DNA of 64,000 nt. Origin: an uncultured Chloroflexia bacterium. GTDB lineage: Bacteria > Chloroflexota > Limnocylindria > Limnocylindrales > CSP1-4. Numbering within the stretch: the first letter of the stretch is position 1; each line of letters opens with the position of its first letter. The notes under the pieces were generated by a model. The model made no database searches. It saw only the letters and a program-made list of their open reading frames with translations, and was not told where the DNA came from. Positions 59,574-64,000 of this stretch are shown here, one piece after another. The position numbers and the translations under genes were made by a program. The stretch spans positions 128,001 to 192,000 of the forward strand of contig CAVVJT010000003.1 of the NCBI GenBank assembly GCA_963748625.1. Reading direction: 5' to 3'.

Positions 59574-60674
59574 CTAGGCCTCCCCGTCCCCCGCCGGAGA
59601 CGGCGCGGGGATCGGCTCGGCGACCGTTGGCGCCGGCAGGTCCGATGTCATGGGCTCCGCCGGCAGATCCGATGTCACGGGCTCCGCCGGCAGGTCGCCC
59701 GTTGGTGCCGGCGCGGCGGCGATCGGTCTCCCGCCCTCCGACGGCCGATCGACGAGAACCTTCTGCGGGTGGAGCAGCCCGCCCACCGCCCTGCAGACCG
59801 CAGCCACCTTGCCGTCCGGCGTCATCGCCAGCACCAAGGGTGCGTCGCGGATCTCCATCGGCGTCTTGGGGCCGGTCACAAGGCCCTCCCACATGCGGCG
59901 GACCTCGTCCCAGGTGATCCGGGCGTGCGGCAGATCCTCCAGGCCGGCATCCATGGGGCGCAGGGCCAGCTCGATGCCGGCAGGCCCGTCGGCAGCGTGC
60001 TCGCGCAGCTCGTCGAACGAGACGGCGTCGTCGGCTGTGAAGTGACCGGACGCCGTGCGCACGAGGGCGCCGAGATAGGCGCCGCTATCCAGGCCCTTCC
60101 CGAGGTCACGCGCCAGCGCCCGGATGTACGTCCCGGCGGAGCACCGCACGTCCACGACGGCGATTGGCCTGGCCGGGTCCGCGTCGTCCCACTCGAGCAG
60201 CGCCGCCTCCAGGATGACGACCTCGCGCGGCGCCAGAACAACCTCCTCGCCGCGACGGGCCATCTGGTAGGCACGCCGGCCTTCGACCTGTACGGCGCTG
60301 TACTGGGGAGGCACCTGCAGCTGGGGCCCGACCGATTCGCGAAGCGCCGCCTCGAGGGCCGCGCGGGTGACCAGCGGGCCGTCAACCGTCACGCGTTCGC
60401 CGTCGATGTCGTCAGTGGTGGACGTCTCACCGAAGCACAGCGTCGCCCGGTAGCGCTTGGGCATGCCCAGGTGGTACTCGGCGAGGCGGGTCGCCTTGCC
60501 CAGGAAGATCGGCAGCACGCCCGCGGCGAATGGATCGAGCGTTCCGCCGTGACCCACGCGGCGCGTGGACGAGAGCCTGCGCACGAGACCTACCACGTCG
60601 TGGGAGGTGGGACCGGACGGCTTGGCGACCACGAGGACCCCGTCGAGGCCACCGCTCCGGTCCCGCGGGCTCAC
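59574..60674 (-). CDS. truB: tRNA pseudouridine(55) synthase
   Basis: KPSGPTSHDVV, VGHGGTLDPFAAGVL, PPQYSAV and CSAGTYIRALARD motifs. Confidence 0.96.
   Translation of the reverse strand: MSPRDRSGGLDGVLVVAKPSGPTSHDVVGLVRRLSSTRRVGHGGTLDPFAAGVLPIFLGKATRLAEYHLGMPKRYRATLCFGETSTTDDIDGERVTVDGPLVTRAALEAALRESVGPQLQVPPQYSAVQVEGRRAYQMARRGEEVVLAPREVVILEAALLEWDDADPARPIAVVDVRCSAGTYIRALARDLGKGLDSGAYLGALVRTASGHFTADDAVSFDELREHAADGPAGIELALRPMDAGLEDLPHARITWDEVRRMWEGLVTGPKTPMEIRDAPLVLAMTPDGKVAAVCRAVGGLLHPQKVLVDRPSEGGRPIAAAPAPTGDLPAEPVTSDLPAEPMTSDLPAPTVAEPIPAPSPAGDGEA
59631..59697 (-). repeat. 27-bp repeat x2.5 in the truB C-terminal tail (DLPAEP(V/M)TS)
   Basis: GCCGGCAG(G/A)TCCGATGTCA(T/C)GGGCTCC repeated. 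Confidence 0.75.
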
Positions 60675-61705
60675 CGCCGGACCTCGCCTGCCAGGCGCTG
60701 CGCCACGTCGAGCACGACCGGGATCGCCGCCTCGAGCGGCAGCGGGACCGACGCCCCGGCCGCGCGCGCATGGCCGCCGCCACCGAAGACGCCCGTCAGG
60801 ACCGTGGCATCGACGCCGCCAGGCTTCGTCCGCACCGACAGGCGGGTGGCGCCGTCGGCATAGCCCTTGAACAGCATCGCGACCTCGGCGGCCTCCGCCT
60901 GCGCCAGCAGGTCGATGATCCCCTCGGAGTGGGCGCCGATGGCGCCGGTCGCGACCAGGTCCGCCTCGGTGAGGGTGGACCAGATGACCAGGTGGTCCTC
61001 GCTCGCGACGAGCCGGTCCAGCACCCGCCCGAAGAGGCGCAGCTGGGCGTCGGGCTTCGTGCGGTACAGGCGGCGCGAGATGTCGGACAGCGGGGCGCCG
61101 GCCTCGACGAGCGCCGCCGCCACGGCGAGCGTGCGTGGCGTGGTGTTCGGATGGGCGAAGGTGGCGGTGTCCATGACGACGCCGGCCATCAGCGCGTTCG
61201 CGAGGACGCCATCGTGCAGTCCGAGGGGCAGCCCGAGCCGGACCGCAAGCAGCGCGACCAGCTCGCAGGTTGCCGCGGCGTCGGGATCGATCCAGTCGAG
61301 GTCGCTGCCATCGTTGTTGGACGCGTGGTGGTCGATGATGACCCGCGGCAGCTTCGCGAACAGCTCCGCGTTCCGCTGGGCCACGTCGCCCACCCGGTCG
61401 GCGGTCGCACAGTCGCACAGGACCAGCAGGTCGTAGGCTTCGGCTGGATCGGGATCGCGGCGGAAGCGCTCGACACCGGCGATGAAGCCGTAGAGCGGCG
61501 GCACGGGGTCCGTCGAGATGGCGGTGGCCCGGCCACCCAGCGCCTCGACGAGATGGCAGATGCCCAGGACCGCGCCGAGGGTGTCGGCATCGGGATTCTC
61601 ATGGCTGACCGCGAGCACGTGGCGGGCACCGCGGATCCGCTCCAGCACGGGCGCCGGGACGGTCTGCATCGCGAGCCCGCTGATGTCCACGTGCTGGGGC
61701 CTCAA
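60671..61705 (-). CDS. nrnA: DHH/DHHA1 nanoRNase/pAp phosphatase
   Basis: HENPDAD, IDHH, SVR and GGGHARAAG motifs, between rbfA and truB. Confidence 0.9.
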   Translation of the reverse strand: MRPQHVDISGLAMQTVPAPVLERIRGARHVLAVSHENPDADTLGAVLGICHLVEALGGRATAISTDPVPPLYGFIAGVERFRRDPDPAEAYDLLVLCDCATADRVGDVAQRNAELFAKLPRVIIDHHASNNDGSDLDWIDPDAAATCELVALLAVRLGLPLGLHDGVLANALMAGVVMDTATFAHPNTTPRTLAVAAALVEAGAPLSDISRRLYRTKPDAQLRLFGRVLDRLVASEDHLVIWSTLTEADLVATGAIGAHSEGIIDLLAQAEAAEVAMLFKGYADGATRLSVRTKPGGVDATVLTGVFGGGGHARAAGASVPLPLEAAIPVVLDVAQRLAGEVRR

Positions 61706-62292
61706 CGCTTGCCTCCCTTGCCCTGCGGCGGGTGCGAGGCCTTCGGGTGCTTCTGGCCGCTCGGCCGGTCGACGCCCTTGGGTCCTCCGGAGCGGCGGCG
61801 CACCGGCTTTGTGCCGGGCGGCGGGAGGCGCTCCGCCGCCGCTGCACCGAACTCGTCTCCCGGGTCCTCGGATCCGGGCGCCGCGTCGTGGTGGAGCCGC
61901 TTCACCGGGGTGGGCAGGGACTCGTCGAACGGCTCGATCTCAAGCGGTTCCACGCCGGACTCCAGCTCCTGGAGCAGGTGCAGGACACGTGTGCCACGCT
62001 CGGCGGAGTCGTCGAGCCGCACGTGGAGAGCCGGGATTCGCCGGATGCGCAGCCGCTTGCCCAGCTCGCGCCGGATGAACGGCATGGCGTCGGCGAGCGC
62101 GCGCAACGTCTCGTCGCGATCGCCCTTGCCGCCGATGACGCTGACCCACACCTTGGCGTGGCCCAGGTCCGGGCTGGTCTCCACGTCCGTGATGGTCGCG
62201 AACCCGATCCTCGGATCCGAGACCTCTTTCGTGAGGAGCGCGCCGATCTCCTGCCGGAGCAGCTCGTCGACGCGCTCGGTGCGCTGGCTCAT
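61702..62292 (-). CDS. rbfA: Ribosome-binding factor A with C-terminal extension
   Basis: RTERVDELLRQEI, DPRIGFATITDVETSPDL and LRIRRIPALH..LDDS motifs. Confidence 0.95.
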   Translation of the reverse strand: MSQRTERVDELLRQEIGALLTKEVSDPRIGFATITDVETSPDLGHAKVWVSVIGGKGDRDETLRALADAMPFIRRELGKRLRIRRIPALHVRLDDSAERGTRVLHLLQELESGVEPLEIEPFDESLPTPVKRLHHDAAPGSEDPGDEFGAAAAERLPPPGTKPVRRRSGGPKGVDRPSGQKHPKASHPPQGKGGKR

Positions 62293-62317
62293 CGCTTGGT
62301 CTCCCCGACCGGGGCCG

Positions 62318-64000
62318 TCAGCCGGTGATGCGGCTCTTGGCCTGGTGCGTGAAGCACTCGATGATGTCGCCCTCCACCTGGTCGTTCCAGCCCTCGAGGC
62401 CGATACCGCACTCGTAGTTCTGGGCGACCTCGCGGACGTCGTCACGGAACCGGCGGAGCGACTCGATCCGCTGGTCGTTGGCCACGATCCTGCCACCACG
62501 CCACACCCGGGCGAACCCGTTGCGCACGATGCGGCCGTCGGTGACGAAGCAGCCGGCGATGACGGTGACCTTGCCCACCTTGAAGAGCTGGCGCACCTCG
62601 GCGCGGCCCTCGATGACCTCCACGATCTCCGGCTCGAGCATGCCCTTGAGGGCGGCGTCGATGTCGTCGGTGAGCTTGTAGATGATGTCGTAGAGGCGGA
62701 CATCCACACCGTCCGCCTCGGCCGCCCGGCGGGCGGTCTCGGTGATACCGGTGCTGAAGCCCACGACGATGGCATTCGACGCGGTCGCGAGCATGATGTC
62801 GTTGTCGGTGATGTCCCCCGCGGCCTCGTGGAGGATGTTGATCTTCACCTCGTCCGTGGACAGCTGCTGCAGCGCATGGTCGATCGCGCCCAGCGAGCCC
62901 GACACGTCGGACTTGAGGATGATCCGCAGCTCCTTGGCCTGGCCGGCCTGGATCTGGCGGTAGAGGTCCTCCAGGGTCGCGCGCCCGGAACCCGCGCCGG
63001 CCGCCTGGGCCGCCGCGATCTTCTTGGCCTCGACCTGGTCACGGGCCACCATCACGTCCTTGACGACGCGCAGGATGTCGCCGGCCTCGGGGACGTCTGA
63101 CAGGCCGAGGATCACGGCCGCGGACGCGGGGCCCGCCTTCGTGATGCGCTTGCCCGTGGAGCTCTCGAGGGCCTTGATCTTGCCGTAGCTGGTGCCGGCG
63201 ACCACGACGTCGCCCACGCGCAGGGTGCCCGTCTGGACGATGATCGTGGCGACGGCGCCGCGACCCTTGTCCAGGCGCGCCTCGATGACCGTGCCCACGG
63301 CATCGCGCTTGGGGTTCGCCTTGAGCTCCTGGAGGTCGGCGACCAGCAGGATGATCTCGAGCAACTCGGGGATGCCCACGCGGGTCTTGGCCGACACCGG
63401 CACGAGCGGCGTGTCGCCGCCGTAGTCCTCGACCACGACGCCGGCCTCGGCCAGCTCGTTCTTGACCCGGTCCGTGTTGGCATCCGGCTTGTCGATCTTG
63501 TTCATCGCGATGACGAGCGGGACCTTCGCCGCCTTCGCGTGGCTGATCGCCTCGAGCGTCTGGGGCATGACGCCGTCGTCCGCCGCGACCACGATCACCG
63601 CGATGTCCGTGACCTTGGCGCCTCGGGCGCGCATCGAGGTGAACGCCTCGTGGCCCGGGGTGTCGAGGAAGACGACGCGCTTGCCGTCCTTCGTGGTCAC
63701 CTCGGACGCGCCGATGTGCTGGGTGATGCCACCACGCTCGCCCGCCGCGACGGTGGTCGAGCGGATGGCGTCAAGCAGGCTCGTCTTGCCGTGGTCCACG
63801 TGGCCCATGACGGTGACGATCGGGGCCCGCGGGAGGAGGTCCTTGGGATCGTCCGCCTCCTCGTCCCAGAGCTGCACCTTGGCAGCCTCCGCGGCGGGGG
63901 CGCTGTCCTCGTCCTCGTCCTCGTCGACGGCGCCCTCCTCGGCGATCTCGTAGCCGAGCTCCTCGGCGACGAGCGACGCGGTGTCGCGATCGATCAGCTG
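62318..64000 (-). CDS. infB: Translation initiation factor IF-2 (5' end beyond window)
   Basis: [34 protein letters not shown] and [12 protein letters not shown]...ECGI motifs. Confidence 0.98.
   Translation of the reverse strand, partial: QLIDRDTASLVAEELGYEIAEEGAVDEDEDEDSAPAAEAAKVQLWDEEADDPKDLLPRAPIVTVMGHVDHGKTSLLDAIRSTTVAAGERGGITQHIGASEVTTKDGKRVVFLDTPGHEAFTSMRARGAKVTDIAVIVVAADDGVMPQTLEAISHAKAAKVPLVIAMNKIDKPDANTDRVKNELAEAGVVVEDYGGDTPLVPVSAKTRVGIPELLEIILLVADLQELKANPKRDAVGTVIEARLDKGRGAVATIIVQTGTLRVGDVVVAGTSYGKIKALESSTGKRITKAGPASAAVILGLSDVPEAGDILRVVKDVMVARDQVEAKKIAAAQAAGAGSGRATLEDLYRQIQAGQAKELRIILKSDVSGSLGAIDHALQQLSTDEVKINILHEAAGDITDNDIMLATASNAIVVGFSTGITETARRAAEADGVDVRLYDIIYKLTDDIDAALKGMLEPEIVEVIEGRAEVRQLFKVGKVTVIAGCFVTDGRIVRNGFARVWRGGRIVANDQRIESLRRFRDDVREVAQNYECGIGLEGWNDQVEGDIIECFTHQAKSRITG

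Overview
Very GC-rich bacterial chromosome segment, probably from a metagenome or long-read assembly because many ordinary genes carry single-base frameshifts. Gene order, protein style and a GAAC-N4-GTTC LexA box tentatively suggest Chloroflexota, possibly Limnocylindria-like; this is inference. The right third is a core minus-strand block: infB-rbfA-nrnA-truB-ribF-(Gfo/Idh/MocA)-rpsO-pnp, then asd-udg-rnj-ftsK-rodZ-cinA-murC-NTF2-yajQ-TPP enzyme. The left two thirds are accessory genes: methyltransferases, MFS/ABC transporters, AlkZ glycosylase, rocD, a two-component pair, an ECF sigma/anti-sigma pair and large secreted modular proteins. No tRNA, rRNA, CRISPR, transposase or integrase was recognised. 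The most striking observation is that the syntenic PNPase carries an in-frame insertion of a complete DEDDh (DnaQ-like) 3'-5' exonuclease domain with all catalytic residues intact. Other highlights: a ~220-aa C-terminal module shared by two unrelated secreted proteins; an RCC1 propeller with near-identical frameworks but hypervariable loops; a REPIN-like repeat whose core is flipped relative to its flanks between two copies; a LexA-boxed 66-aa orphan; unannotated 36-aa membrane microproteins; and a recurring leaderless promoter geometry.
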